DNA of 32,000 nt from Allobaculum fili. GTDB lineage: Bacteria > Bacillota_I > Bacilli_A > Erysipelotrichales > Erysipelotrichaceae. The notes under the pieces were generated by a model, which was not told the DNA's origin, made no database searches, and saw nothing but the letters and a program-made list of their open reading frames with translations. Positions 16,043 through 24,574 of this stretch are shown here, in pieces; within the stretch, counting starts at the first letter, position 1; the number at the start of each line of letters is the position of its first letter. The position numbers were made by a program, and so were the translations under genes. The stretch lies in contig NZ_JAHDSX010000016.1 of assembly GCF_020969955.1 (NCBI RefSeq), positions 13,366 to 45,365 on the forward strand. Direction: 5' to 3'.

Positions 16043-16051
16043 TGATAAAAT
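16043..16051 (+). promoter_or_regulatory. Extended -10 element TGaTAAAAT upstream of the ftsW-like gene
   Basis: TGATAAAAT lies about 30 nt upstream of the ATG at 16081. No good -35 is visible. Confidence 0.45.
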
Positions 16052-16080
16052 GAAAGTCCATTTAAGGGGGAGTAACTCCA

Positions 16081-17583
16081 ATGAATTCAACAACGGTTTC
16101 CCCATCTTCTGCCAAAGGCAGAAAAAAGGGGAAGTTTGATATAAAAGACTGGCTCGTACCCGCCGGCGGCAGCGATCGCTGGCTGATGGGAGCCGTTATT
16201 GTTCTGATGATTTTTGGATCCATGATGGTCCTCAGTTCCAAACAGGGAACGACCGTGGGCATGACGCGTTCCTACGTTCAGGAAATCCTCAAACAGATTG
16301 GATTTGTGGTCGTATCCTGGGGAGCTATGGTCTTCATCTCCCGCAAGTTTGACTGGATGAAGCTCTTCAATGCCAAAACGCAAATATTTCTGTGTCTGTT
16401 CTATATCCTCCTGCTGTTTGCGGTTCAGCTTGTCGGTATTGACGTGAACGGTTCGAAGGCGTGGCTTCGTCTTGGGCCTCTCACGATACAGCCATCGGAA
16501 TTTGGCAAGCCGCTGCTCATTTTGCTTCTGGCGTCTTCTGCACGAAACGCCGGGAAAAAACATTCGGAACCCATTCCGTTTGGACAGCGATTCTTTCTGC
16601 CGCTTTTTCTGCTTCTGATCAGTGTGTTCTTTATCGGGGGCGCGCAGAAAGACTTTGGTTCGCTGATCATCACGCTGGGCATCGGTCTGGTCGGCCTGCT
16701 GGCGACGGCGGATGCGGATCTGACGAAAGTACAGCGCTATATCGTGATCTTTCTGTTTGTGGTGCTTCTTCTGCTGCTCGTCGGCATTTACTTTTCGGAC
16801 TGGTTTGTGACGCTGTTTCGAAACGTCCCGCTGCTTCGCCACATCGCCGTTCGAATCGAGAATATGAAAAATCCTTATATCAATATTCATTTTGAAGGGT
16901 ATCAGCCGGCCAACGCGCTGTATTCTCTGGGCGATGCCGGATTTTTCGGCCGCGGCTTTGGCGGTTCGGTTCGTAAATACGGCTTTCTGACGCAGGCGGA
17001 ATCCGACTACATCCTCGCGATTGTCATTGAAGAGTTCGGCTTTTTCGGTCTGCTTCTGATTACGGTCTGCTACTGCATTCTTCTGTGGCGTCTGCTCCAC
17101 TGGGCTCTGGCGACCGCAAAGCCGCAGTTTAAAGTCATGCTGCTGTGCTCGGCAGCGTATTTCCTGCTCCACTTCTTCATCAACATCGGCGGCGTCAGCA
17201 CGCTGATTCCAATGACCGGCGTGCCGCTGCTCTTTATTTCGGCCGGCGGTTCCGCTCTGCTTGCGGTCGGTATTGTACTCGGTCTCGATTTTTACGCGAT
17301 CAGTCAGATTCAGATCGAACAGGAAATCGAAGCGCAAAAAGAAGCCGAACAGGCCGCGCTTGCAGCCCGCGCGCTCGAAGACGATCTGCAGCTGCAGGCG
17401 ATGATAGGTATGGGCGAGACAGCTGGACAGGAATTTGCGTACACTGAGCCGGAACGCACGAGCGGCGTGCTTCACGCGCGTTCGGTACGACGGAGTGTCA
17501 CGCACGATTCGCCTGCGGCGAAAACCGGAACTTCAAGAGGAAGAAACGCGGGAACACGCAGCCGGAAAAAGAGAACGCGCTAG
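16081..17583 (+). CDS. ftsW: SEDS-family peptidoglycan glycosyltransferase (FtsW/RodA type) with a C-terminal extension of about 90 aa
   Basis: A protein of about 10 TM segments with SEDS hallmarks (..QPSEFGKPLLILLLA.., ..ESDYILAIVIEEFGFFG.., ..PMTGVPLLFISAGGSALL..). The SD AAGGGGGA is present. The tail is charged (EQEIEAQKEAEQAALAARALEDD...RSRKKRTR). Confidence 0.9.
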   Translation: MNSTTVSPSSAKGRKKGKFDIKDWLVPAGGSDRWLMGAVIVLMIFGSMMVLSSKQGTTVGMTRSYVQEILKQIGFVVVSWGAMVFISRKFDWMKLFNAKTQIFLCLFYILLLFAVQLVGIDVNGSKAWLRLGPLTIQPSEFGKPLLILLLASSARNAGKKHSEPIPFGQRFFLPLFLLLISVFFIGGAQKDFGSLIITLGIGLVGLLATADADLTKVQRYIVIFLFVVLLLLLVGIYFSDWFVTLFRNVPLLRHIAVRIENMKNPYINIHFEGYQPANALYSLGDAGFFGRGFGGSVRKYGFLTQAESDYILAIVIEEFGFFGLLLITVCYCILLWRLLHWALATAKPQFKVMLLCSAAYFLLHFFINIGGVSTLIPMTGVPLLFISAGGSALLAVGIVLGLDFYAISQIQIEQEIEAQKEAEQAALAARALEDDLQLQAMIGMGETAGQEFAYTEPERTSGVLHARSVRRSVTHDSPAAKTGTSRGRNAGTRSRKKRTR

Positions 17584-17704
17584 GCAGGGCGCAATCTGTG
17601 CTCGGCACGAGACGGTGAGCGGCGCAGCCGCAGCGCCATTTAGACAAAAATTAATAGATACGAAAATCGAATAGAAGATAAGCAACTCGAATCGATAAGA
17701 AGGC

Positions 17705-17728
17705 GGTCTGGGAAAATCATTCCAGACC
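17705..17728 (+). other. Hairpin immediately 5' of the coaD SD
   Basis: The 7-bp stem GGTCTGG/CCAGACC closes a 10-nt loop. There is no T-run. The SD AAAGGA follows within 6 nt. Confidence 0.4.
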
Positions 17729-17745
17729 CCGGAAAGGATACGCGT

Positions 17746-18255
17746 ATGATCGGAGCCTTTGCCGGATCGTTTGATCCGCCTACCGTAGGGCATGAAGATA
17801 CGATTCGCCGCGCCGCGGCGGTTTTTGAAGAAGTGATCGTTCTGGTCGCTTCCAACTCCCTCAAGCACAATCTGCTCGAACCCGAACGGCGCGTGGAACT
17901 GCTCAAAGCCATTTGCGCGGATCTGAAAAATGTCCGTGTTGAGCTCTGCCCCGGACTGACGGTGGAGAGCGCCAAAGCAGCGGGGGCCAATGTGCTGATC
18001 CGCTCGATGCGCAATCCTTCCGATTACGAAGGGGAAGCGGCCAACGCCTGGGCCAACACAAAACTGGATTCAGGAATGGACACCGTCTTTCTGCTTGGCG
18101 ATCCGGCGTATTCGATGATTTCCTCGACGACGGTGCGCGAGTTTCTGAAATACCATCAGAGCATTGAATCGATGGTTCCGCGCTGCGTATTCGAAGCACT
18201 TCAGCCCGAACTGGCGCATTCGCAATCGGCCAATTCGGACCTCCAGATCGGATAG
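17746..18255 (+). CDS. coaD: Pantetheine-phosphate adenylyltransferase
   Basis: GSFDPPTVGHEDTIRRA (nucleotidyltransferase (H/T)xGH motif), ...LIRSMRNPSDYE..., ...ISSTTVRE... Confidence 0.9.
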   Translation: MIGAFAGSFDPPTVGHEDTIRRAAAVFEEVIVLVASNSLKHNLLEPERRVELLKAICADLKNVRVELCPGLTVESAKAAGANVLIRSMRNPSDYEGEAANAWANTKLDSGMDTVFLLGDPAYSMISSTTVREFLKYHQSIESMVPRCVFEALQPELAHSQSANSDLQIG

Positions 18256-18451
18256 AAACCGCCGGACAAATCGGGGTACAAAAACGAGGTCCATTTGTCC
18301 TCCGACAAAATGGGCGTGCAAGCTGCAGGCTTTCGCACTTTGCGATGCGCCTCAAAACTCGCTACACTCAGTTCAGTGCCTTCTGTTCTTTCTGTTTTTT
18401 CCATTAAAATTGAAATGAATCTTCACAGCGGTCCATGATCGCTGTTTCTTC

Positions 18452-18483
18452 CTGTCGGCCGTGCATGCAGCCGGCAGATTTTT
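18452..18483 (+). terminator. Terminator-like hairpin about 200 nt downstream of coaD
   Basis: The stem CTGTCGGC/GCCGGCAG (one G-U pair) closes a 10-nt loop and is followed by ATTTTT. Confidence 0.5.
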
Positions 18484-18586
18484 CGAAAGCACCTATTGTA
18501 TAAAGAAGAAACTTTGTGCATTTTACAAAATCCCAAAATAAAATATGCCGCACAAATATGCGGCTTGACTGAAAGGAGCATCCCGA

Positions 18587-19273
18587 ATGAGAACACTGAC
18601 CGACTGGGTTCGAGAACGCGGCTATGAACCGCACAATCTGAAACTCTACTATGAGGCGTGTACGCATTCCTCGTATATCAACGAAAACGACACCGATGTC
18701 GAATGCAACGAACGTCTGGAATTCATGGGCGATGCGGTGCTGCAGATCTGGAGCTCCGATACGCTGTTCAACATGGTTCCGCCGCTCAACGAAGGAAAAA
18801 TGTCGATGATCCGCGCGCAGACCGTCTGCGAAAGCGCGCTCGCCCGTCTGAACAAGCAGCTGGGCTGGTACGAATTTCTTCGCCTCGGTCATGGCGAAGA
18901 GAAAAACGGTGGCCGCCATAAACCGTCCATTCTCGCGGACCAGTTTGAAGCCTGCATGGGCGCCATTTACCTCGATCTTGGCTACGATGCGGCCAAGGAT
19001 ATTCTCGATGAATACATGAAGCCGCTCATTACGGCGAAGAAGCCGGATGATGTCACCGACTTCAAGACACAGCTGCAGGAATATGTGCAGACCGATAATA
19101 ACCGCCAGACGATTCAGTATCGTCTGCTCGAAGAAAGCGGACCGTCCAACGCTCCGAAATTCCGCATGGGCGTGTTCCTGGATGACATCTGCATGGGCGA
19201 AGGCGAAAGCAGTTCGAAAAAGCGCGCAGAACAGAAAGCGGCCAAAGAAGCGCTTGGAAAGCTGGCCTGCTGA
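18587..19273 (+). CDS. rnc: Ribonuclease III
   Basis: It has the RNase III signature ERLEFMGDAVLQ and a C-terminal dsRBD (..PKFRMGVFLDDICMGEGESSSKKRAEQKAAKEALGKL). The SD is AAGGAG. Confidence 0.9.
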   Translation: MRTLTDWVRERGYEPHNLKLYYEACTHSSYINENDTDVECNERLEFMGDAVLQIWSSDTLFNMVPPLNEGKMSMIRAQTVCESALARLNKQLGWYEFLRLGHGEEKNGGRHKPSILADQFEACMGAIYLDLGYDAAKDILDEYMKPLITAKKPDDVTDFKTQLQEYVQTDNNRQTIQYRLLEESGPSNAPKFRMGVFLDDICMGEGESSSKKRAEQKAAKEALGKLAC

Positions 19274-22200
19274 TGGGAGTGCGCGTCCTTGAACTGCTGG
19301 GGGATGTCGCGTTCGAAGAAGAACTTGGATCGTTTCTGGAACAGGCGTCGCTCTGCAAGACGCCCTGCTTCCATTCGAAGACAAAAAAACTGGAAATGTA
19401 CTGGAAGGTGGATCGAATTCCGCCTTTCCGTCTTTACAGCGCTGTCGTCCACGATCTGAAGCTCGCTTTGCATACCGATATTTTCCTTGGCTTTGAACCC
19501 GAATCGAGCGAAGTCAATCTCGTGCTGATGGAACCGTATCTGCGCGATCTCGTTTCCAGAAACCGCGATCTGAAAGTTTTCGGCGACCATACGCCGTCCA
19601 TGAAAGAAGACGGCACGCTTTCCTATACCGTCTACACGCCGGATGCGCAGGACGCCATCGAAGCCAGTAAGGCGACGCTCGAAGACGAACTCAAAAAGAT
19701 CGGCTTTTCGTGCGCCGTTGAAGGGGTTTTGCGCGAGCGGACGTACGAAGAAGAAGCCGTCCCCAGCGTAGCGGTCCAGATGCCCGCGCATAAACCGCAG
19801 CCCCGTCCGGAAACTCCCCAGAACGGTGGCAAGTCATCCTGGCGCCGCCGCCCGGCCTCTCAGGCGGAAAAAGTCGCGATCCGTGAACTCGAAGAAGGCA
19901 TGGATAACGTGGCGATCGAAGGCCGCGTGTTCGCCGTCGAAGTGCGTGAACTCAAAGGCGGCTCCAAACTGCTCGAGCTGTATTTGTCCGACGATGACGA
20001 CGCCATGTTCTGCAAGACGTTTGAAAGCCGCTCGATGACGCTCGAGATGATGGAGTCGTATCACGTCGGCCAGTATCTGCGCATCGTCGGCTCGCTCGCT
20101 TACGACAACTACAAGCACGGCATGGCGTTCCGGATCCGCACGATCGAAGAAATCAGCGCCCCGCGCATTCTCGACCAGGAACCGGAAAAGCGCATCGAAT
20201 GGCACGTTCATTCCACGTTCTCGGAAATGGACGGCGTCAGCCCGATCGAATCGTACATTCAGCAGGCCTGGGACTGGGGCATGGAAGCGATCGGCCTCTG
20301 CGACCATAACGTCGTGCAGGCGTTCCCGATGGCCCAGCACAAAATCGAAGCCCTGAAGAAAAAAGCGCCGGAGCGCGAATTCAAAATGCTGTACGGATGC
20401 GAGATGACGATGGTCGACGACGAATACACCGTCGCCTGGAACCTGCGTGATCAGCGTCTCGATGAAGCGGAATACGTTGTATTCGACCTGGAGACGACGG
20501 GTCTCTCCAGCCGCCTCGACAAGATCATTGAATTTGGTGCCGTCAAAATGAAAAACGGCGAAATCATTGACCGCCGCCAGATGTTCATTAACCCGAAGCG
20601 CCAGATCCCGGCATCCATTACCGAACTGACCCGCATTCGTCAGTCGGATGTCGATGACGCGAAACCGATGGAAGAGGTTTTTGATGACATCCGCGCCTTC
20701 ATCGGCGACGCGATTCTGGTTGCCCATAACGCGAAGTTTGACTACGGCATGCTGAACGCGGCCGCCAGAGAACTCGGCAAGCCGGAATTCGACAACCCGG
20801 TCATCGATACCCTGCCGGCAGCGCGCGCCATGTTCGAACTGCGCAGCTACCGTCTGGGCGCGCTCTGCCGCCATTACGACGTCAGCTATGACGGCGAAGG
20901 CGCGCACCGTGCCGACTACGATGCCGAAGTTCTGAGCCTGGTTTTCCTGTACCTGCTTCGCGACTGGGGCATGGACGCCACGCTCGAATCGATCGCCCAT
21001 CCCGATCCGACAAGCGCTCTGCGCAAAAACTTTGCCTATCACGTCACCGTCTATGCGAAAAACAAGCAGGGCCTGAAGGAACTGTTTGAACTGATTACGC
21101 TCTCGCATACGAAATATCTCAAATACAATCCGAACTCCACCAACGTTACCGGCGAGCCGCGCATCCCAAGACGCATCCTGCAGGAATACCACGGCAAGCG
21201 AAACCTGCTCTTTGGATCGAGCTGCCAGAACGGCGAAATTTTCGATCTGGCCCATACGCGCAGCGAAAAGGAACTTTGCGACGCGATCGGTTTTTACGAC
21301 TATCTCGAAGTGCAGCCGCTTCCCGTGTATAAAAACCTGCTCGACAGCCAGACCATTCACGGTGTGGACGAACTGAAGCAGATTCTGACGTTCATTCTCG
21401 ATGGCGGTCAGAAATGCGGCGTTCCGGTCATTGCGTCCGGCGACTGCCATTACGTGTCGCCAAGACTTAAACGCGTTCGGGACATCTTTATCAACTCCAA
21501 ACTGGCCGGCGCTACCCGTCATCCGCTCTACATCCGCGATGAATCGCTGCGTCTGCGCACTTCCGCTCCGGATCAGGCGTTTCTCAATACGCGCCAGATG
21601 CTCGATGCCTTTGACTGGGTGGACGACAGGCTGCGCCATGAAATCGTTCTCGACAATCCGAAAAAACTGGCCGCGCAGTGCGAAGAGCTGTTTCCGATCA
21701 AGGACCGGCTGTATCCGCCAGCCATGGAAGGCTCGGATCAGAAGCTGCGCGACATCTGCATGCAGACGGCGGCCGAATGGTACGGCACGCCGCTGCCCGA
21801 ACCGGTCGAAGCCCGGCTGACCCGCGAGCTCGACGCGATCATCGGTGCCGGCTACTACGTGGTTTACTACATCTCGCATCTGCTCGTGAAAAAGAGCAAC
21901 GAAGACGGCTATCTGGTCGGTTCGCGAGGATCGGTCGGTTCGTCCTTCGTCGCGACGATGTCCGGCATTACCGAGGTAAACCCGCTCAAGCCGCACTACC
22001 TGTGTCCAAAGTGCAAGCATCTCGAATGGATCGAAGATCCGAATATCCATTCTGGATTCGACTTGCCGGACAAGAACTGTCCGGAATGCGGCACCCCGAT
22101 GAAAGGCGACGGCCAGGACATTCCGTTTGAAACGTTCCTGGGCTTCCACGGCGACAAGGTTCCGGATATTGACCTGAACTTCTCCGGCGAATATCAGCCA

Positions 22201-23613
22201 AACGCCCACGCCTTTACCAAAACCATTTTCGGAGAAGACCACGTCTTCCGTGCCGGAACCGTAGGTACCGTGCAGGAAAAAACCGCCTACGGCTACGTCA
22301 AAGGGTACGAAGAAGAAATGCACATGGAAGACCACCCGTTTTCGGAATACAAGCGAACGGACCTTGCCCAGGAATGCGCCGGCGTCAAGCGGACGACCGG
22401 CCAGCATCCAGGGGGCATCGTCGTCGTACCGCTCGATATGGACGTGCACGACTTCACGCCAGTGCAGTATCCGGCCAACAATCCGTATGCGGAGTGGAAA
22501 ACAACGCATTTCGACTTCCACCAGATTCACGACAACATTCTGAAGTTCGATATTCTCGGCCACGTTGACCCGACCGCCATGAAAATGATGGAACGGCTGA
22601 CCGGGGTCGATGTCCGCACGATTCCGATGAACGACCCGGCGACGATGTCGGTGTTCTCCTGCTGCGACGCGCTCGGCCTCGATACTACCCGCTACAAGGA
22701 AACGACCGGCGCGGCCGGTCTGCCGGAATTTGGTACGCCGTTTGTTCGCGGCATTCTCGAACTGACCCGGCCGACGACTTTCGCCGAGCTGGTTTCCATT
22801 TCGGGTCTGTCTCACGGTACGAACGTCTGGCTGAACAACGCCAAGGATCTGATCGACAACGGTACATGTACCCTGCGTCAGGTTATTGGATGCCGGGACG
22901 ACATCATGGTTGATCTCATCCGCTACGGTCTGCCTTCCGCCGACAGCTTCAAAATCATGGAAAGCGTGCGAAAGGGAAAAGGCCTCAAGCCGGAATGGGA
23001 AGAGCTCATGCACGAGCACAACGTTCCGGACTGGTATCTCGATTCGTGCCATAAGATTAAGTACATGTTCCCGAAGGCGCATGCCGTTGCCTACGTTATG
23101 ATGGCGGTGCGCATCGCCTGGTTTAAAGTTCACATCCCGCGGGCGTACTACTGCCAGTTTTTCTCCATCCGTGCCGATGCCACCGATCTGGCGGTCATGA
23201 CCAGCGGTCTGACCGCCGTGGAAAAAAAGATGTTTGAAATCGAAAGCATTCGCCAGCAGAAAACCCGCAAACTGGAAAAGAAGGAAGAAGATCTGTACGA
23301 CACGCTCGAGCTGGCGTATGAAATGTACATGCGCGGCTACCGCATTTCGCCGCTGTCCATTACCCGTTCGCACGCAACCGAATACATCTTCGATCCCGAT
23401 GACGATCACGCAATCATTCCGCCGTTCTCGGCCGTCGACTCGCTGGGTGAAAACGTAGCCCGCTCGATCGTACAGGCAAGAGAAGAACGTCCGTTTATTT
23501 CCAAGGAAGATCTGCTCCGCCGTACAGGCCTTTCCAAAACGCTGATTGAACGCCTCGATTACCTCGGCGCCCTCGAAGGACTCGCCGAACAGGATCAGCT
23601 GACGCTGTTCTAA
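19273..23613 (+). CDS. polC: DNA polymerase III alpha subunit, PolC type (Gram-positive replicative polymerase with intrinsic 3'-5' exonuclease)
   Basis: A 1446-aa protein with exonuclease motifs VVFDLETTGL and AHNAKFDYGML, a PHP region (HVHSTFSEMDG), a zinc module CPKC...CPEC, GSRGSVGSSFVA and the polymerase core. The ATG (19273-19275) overlaps the rnc TGA (19271-19273). Confidence 0.97.
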   Translation: MGVRVLELLGDVAFEEELGSFLEQASLCKTPCFHSKTKKLEMYWKVDRIPPFRLYSAVVHDLKLALHTDIFLGFEPESSEVNLVLMEPYLRDLVSRNRDLKVFGDHTPSMKEDGTLSYTVYTPDAQDAIEASKATLEDELKKIGFSCAVEGVLRERTYEEEAVPSVAVQMPAHKPQPRPETPQNGGKSSWRRRPASQAEKVAIRELEEGMDNVAIEGRVFAVEVRELKGGSKLLELYLSDDDDAMFCKTFESRSMTLEMMESYHVGQYLRIVGSLAYDNYKHGMAFRIRTIEEISAPRILDQEPEKRIEWHVHSTFSEMDGVSPIESYIQQAWDWGMEAIGLCDHNVVQAFPMAQHKIEALKKKAPEREFKMLYGCEMTMVDDEYTVAWNLRDQRLDEAEYVVFDLETTGLSSRLDKIIEFGAVKMKNGEIIDRRQMFINPKRQIPASITELTRIRQSDVDDAKPMEEVFDDIRAFIGDAILVAHNAKFDYGMLNAAARELGKPEFDNPVIDTLPAARAMFELRSYRLGALCRHYDVSYDGEGAHRADYDAEVLSLVFLYLLRDWGMDATLESIAHPDPTSALRKNFAYHVTVYAKNKQGLKELFELITLSHTKYLKYNPNSTNVTGEPRIPRRILQEYHGKRNLLFGSSCQNGEIFDLAHTRSEKELCDAIGFYDYLEVQPLPVYKNLLDSQTIHGVDELKQILTFILDGGQKCGVPVIASGDCHYVSPRLKRVRDIFINSKLAGATRHPLYIRDESLRLRTSAPDQAFLNTRQMLDAFDWVDDRLRHEIVLDNPKKLAAQCEELFPIKDRLYPPAMEGSDQKLRDICMQTAAEWYGTPLPEPVEARLTRELDAIIGAGYYVVYYISHLLVKKSNEDGYLVGSRGSVGSSFVATMSGITEVNPLKPHYLCPKCKHLEWIEDPNIHSGFDLPDKNCPECGTPMKGDGQDIPFETFLGFHGDKVPDIDLNFSGEYQPNAHAFTKTIFGEDHVFRAGTVGTVQEKTAYGYVKGYEEEMHMEDHPFSEYKRTDLAQECAGVKRTTGQHPGGIVVVPLDMDVHDFTPVQYPANNPYAEWKTTHFDFHQIHDNILKFDILGHVDPTAMKMMERLTGVDVRTIPMNDPATMSVFSCCDALGLDTTRYKETTGAAGLPEFGTPFVRGILELTRPTTFAELVSISGLSHGTNVWLNNAKDLIDNGTCTLRQVIGCRDDIMVDLIRYGLPSADSFKIMESVRKGKGLKPEWEELMHEHNVPDWYLDSCHKIKYMFPKAHAVAYVMMAVRIAWFKVHIPRAYYCQFFSIRADATDLAVMTSGLTAVEKKMFEIESIRQQKTRKLEKKEEDLYDTLELAYEMYMRGYRISPLSITRSHATEYIFDPDDDHAIIPPFSAVDSLGENVARSIVQAREERPFISKEDLLRRTGLSKTLIERLDYLGALEGLAEQDQLTLF

Positions 23614-23723
23614 ATCCGGTTTTATCCGGCTTTCAAGGGCACTCTGGATCCTTCTGAAAAATGCCTGCTCAGCCTCGTTTTCCATTTTCAGAATTTTGAC
23701 AGAGCGTGTTTCAGACGCAGTTG

Positions 23724-23750
23724 AAAAGACGGCTTTCGGGCCGTCTTTTT
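23724..23750 (+). terminator. Intrinsic terminator of polC
   Basis: AAAAGACGGC-TTTCGG-GCCGTCTTTTT. The GC stem GACGGC/GCCGTC is extended by A/T pairs and is followed by a T-run. Confidence 0.85.
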
Positions 23751-23827
23751 CTTTAGAACGTTATGAGACATTGCCTTGCGTTTGCACAGATGGTCCGGCA
23801 TGTCCGTCTCGAGGGGAGCGGGGCCCA

Positions 23828-23836
23828 TGGTATAAT
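23828..23836 (+). promoter_or_regulatory. Extended -10 element TGgTATAAT upstream of the DinJ-like gene
   Basis: TGGTATAAT lies about 24 nt upstream of the ATG at 23860. Confidence 0.5.
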
Positions 23837-23859
23837 CGGGGAAAAGCGAGGTATCGAGA

Positions 23860-24144
23860 ATGGCAACAACGAATGTAAGCTTTGAAATGAACGAAAAGCT
23901 CAGAGACGAAATGGCTGAGCTGTGCGAAGAACTGGGCATGGATATCGACGATGCATTCCAGCTGTTCGCAAGAAAAATGGTCAACGAACAGGAAATTCCG
24001 TTTGAAGTCACCGAAAAGGATCTTCCTGTATCTGAAACGAAAGAAACGATCCGTGTCATCGTAAAGTGGAGCGCCATCTGCGCAGCGGCTGCCGCCAGCG
24101 TGGCTCTCATCGTGCGTCTGATTCGCGCCATCCGTCGCCGCTAG
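23860..24144 (+). CDS. Small protein with an N-terminal RelB/DinJ-type antitoxin-like domain fused to a C-terminal hydrophobic (TM-like) segment and a basic tail
   Basis: MATTNVSFEMNEKLRDEMAELCEELGMDIDDAFQLFARKMVNEQEIPFEV follows the DinJ/RelB pattern (MATTN..R.DE.LK......eLGl....A...F..qv..e..IPFE.). The C-terminus is WSAICAAAAASVALIVRLIRAIRRR. It has its own promoter-like element and a weak SD. Confidence 0.65.
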   Translation: MATTNVSFEMNEKLRDEMAELCEELGMDIDDAFQLFARKMVNEQEIPFEVTEKDLPVSETKETIRVIVKWSAICAAAAASVALIVRLIRAIRRR

Positions 24145-24536
24145 ACGATCGGTCTGTGCGTCTTTGAATCGACGCGAGCTGGGCGTGCTCCAAACGCCCT
24201 CTACTTGAAATCGAAACGAAAGCCGCCCTTTTTTCTCCAAAAAGCCGCGGCTTTTTCTGTGCCCGGATCGGCGGTATGCATTGCGCAAACCGGATTTTGA
24301 CATTCTCTTTTTCCGATGCGCCTTTCTGCCGGGTTGGGGAAGACTGAACGCTCTGAAATCGCGCAAGTTCTGCAAAAGTGACTGTGCTGGACAGGCACTG
24401 TCTTTGTGTGGTGCTACATTTGTAAAGCCGGAACGAATTTCAGAGATTTTGATCGAAACTGTGAATTTTTCGGGCAAAGCGCAAAGGGATCCGAGAAAGA
24501 ATGAGCACGCCTTTTGGTTTCTGTTATCCTATGAGA

Positions 24537-24556
24537 CATGACGCGCAGGCGTCATG
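24537..24556 (+). other. Perfect 8-bp hairpin CATGACGC-GCAG-GCGTCATG directly 5' of the glyA SD
   Basis: Seen directly in the sequence. The SD AAAGGAGA starts 6 nt downstream. Confidence 0.5.
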
Positions 24557-24574
24557 ACACAAAAGGAGACATAT

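Noticed and set aside
19834-23685. 1283-aa ORF on the minus strand opposite polC
   Set aside because: It is codon-aligned antisense of a clearly real, motif-rich gene. The product is R/V/F/G-rich with no recognisable domain and no SD. It is explained by the absence of TTA/CTA/TCA codons in polC.
24145-24574. ZTP/THF riboswitch or T-box upstream of glyA
   Set aside because: No CCGCCUGGG or GGGUCGUGACUGGCG-like ZTP cores and no T-box (GGUGGUACCGCG) sequence are visible.
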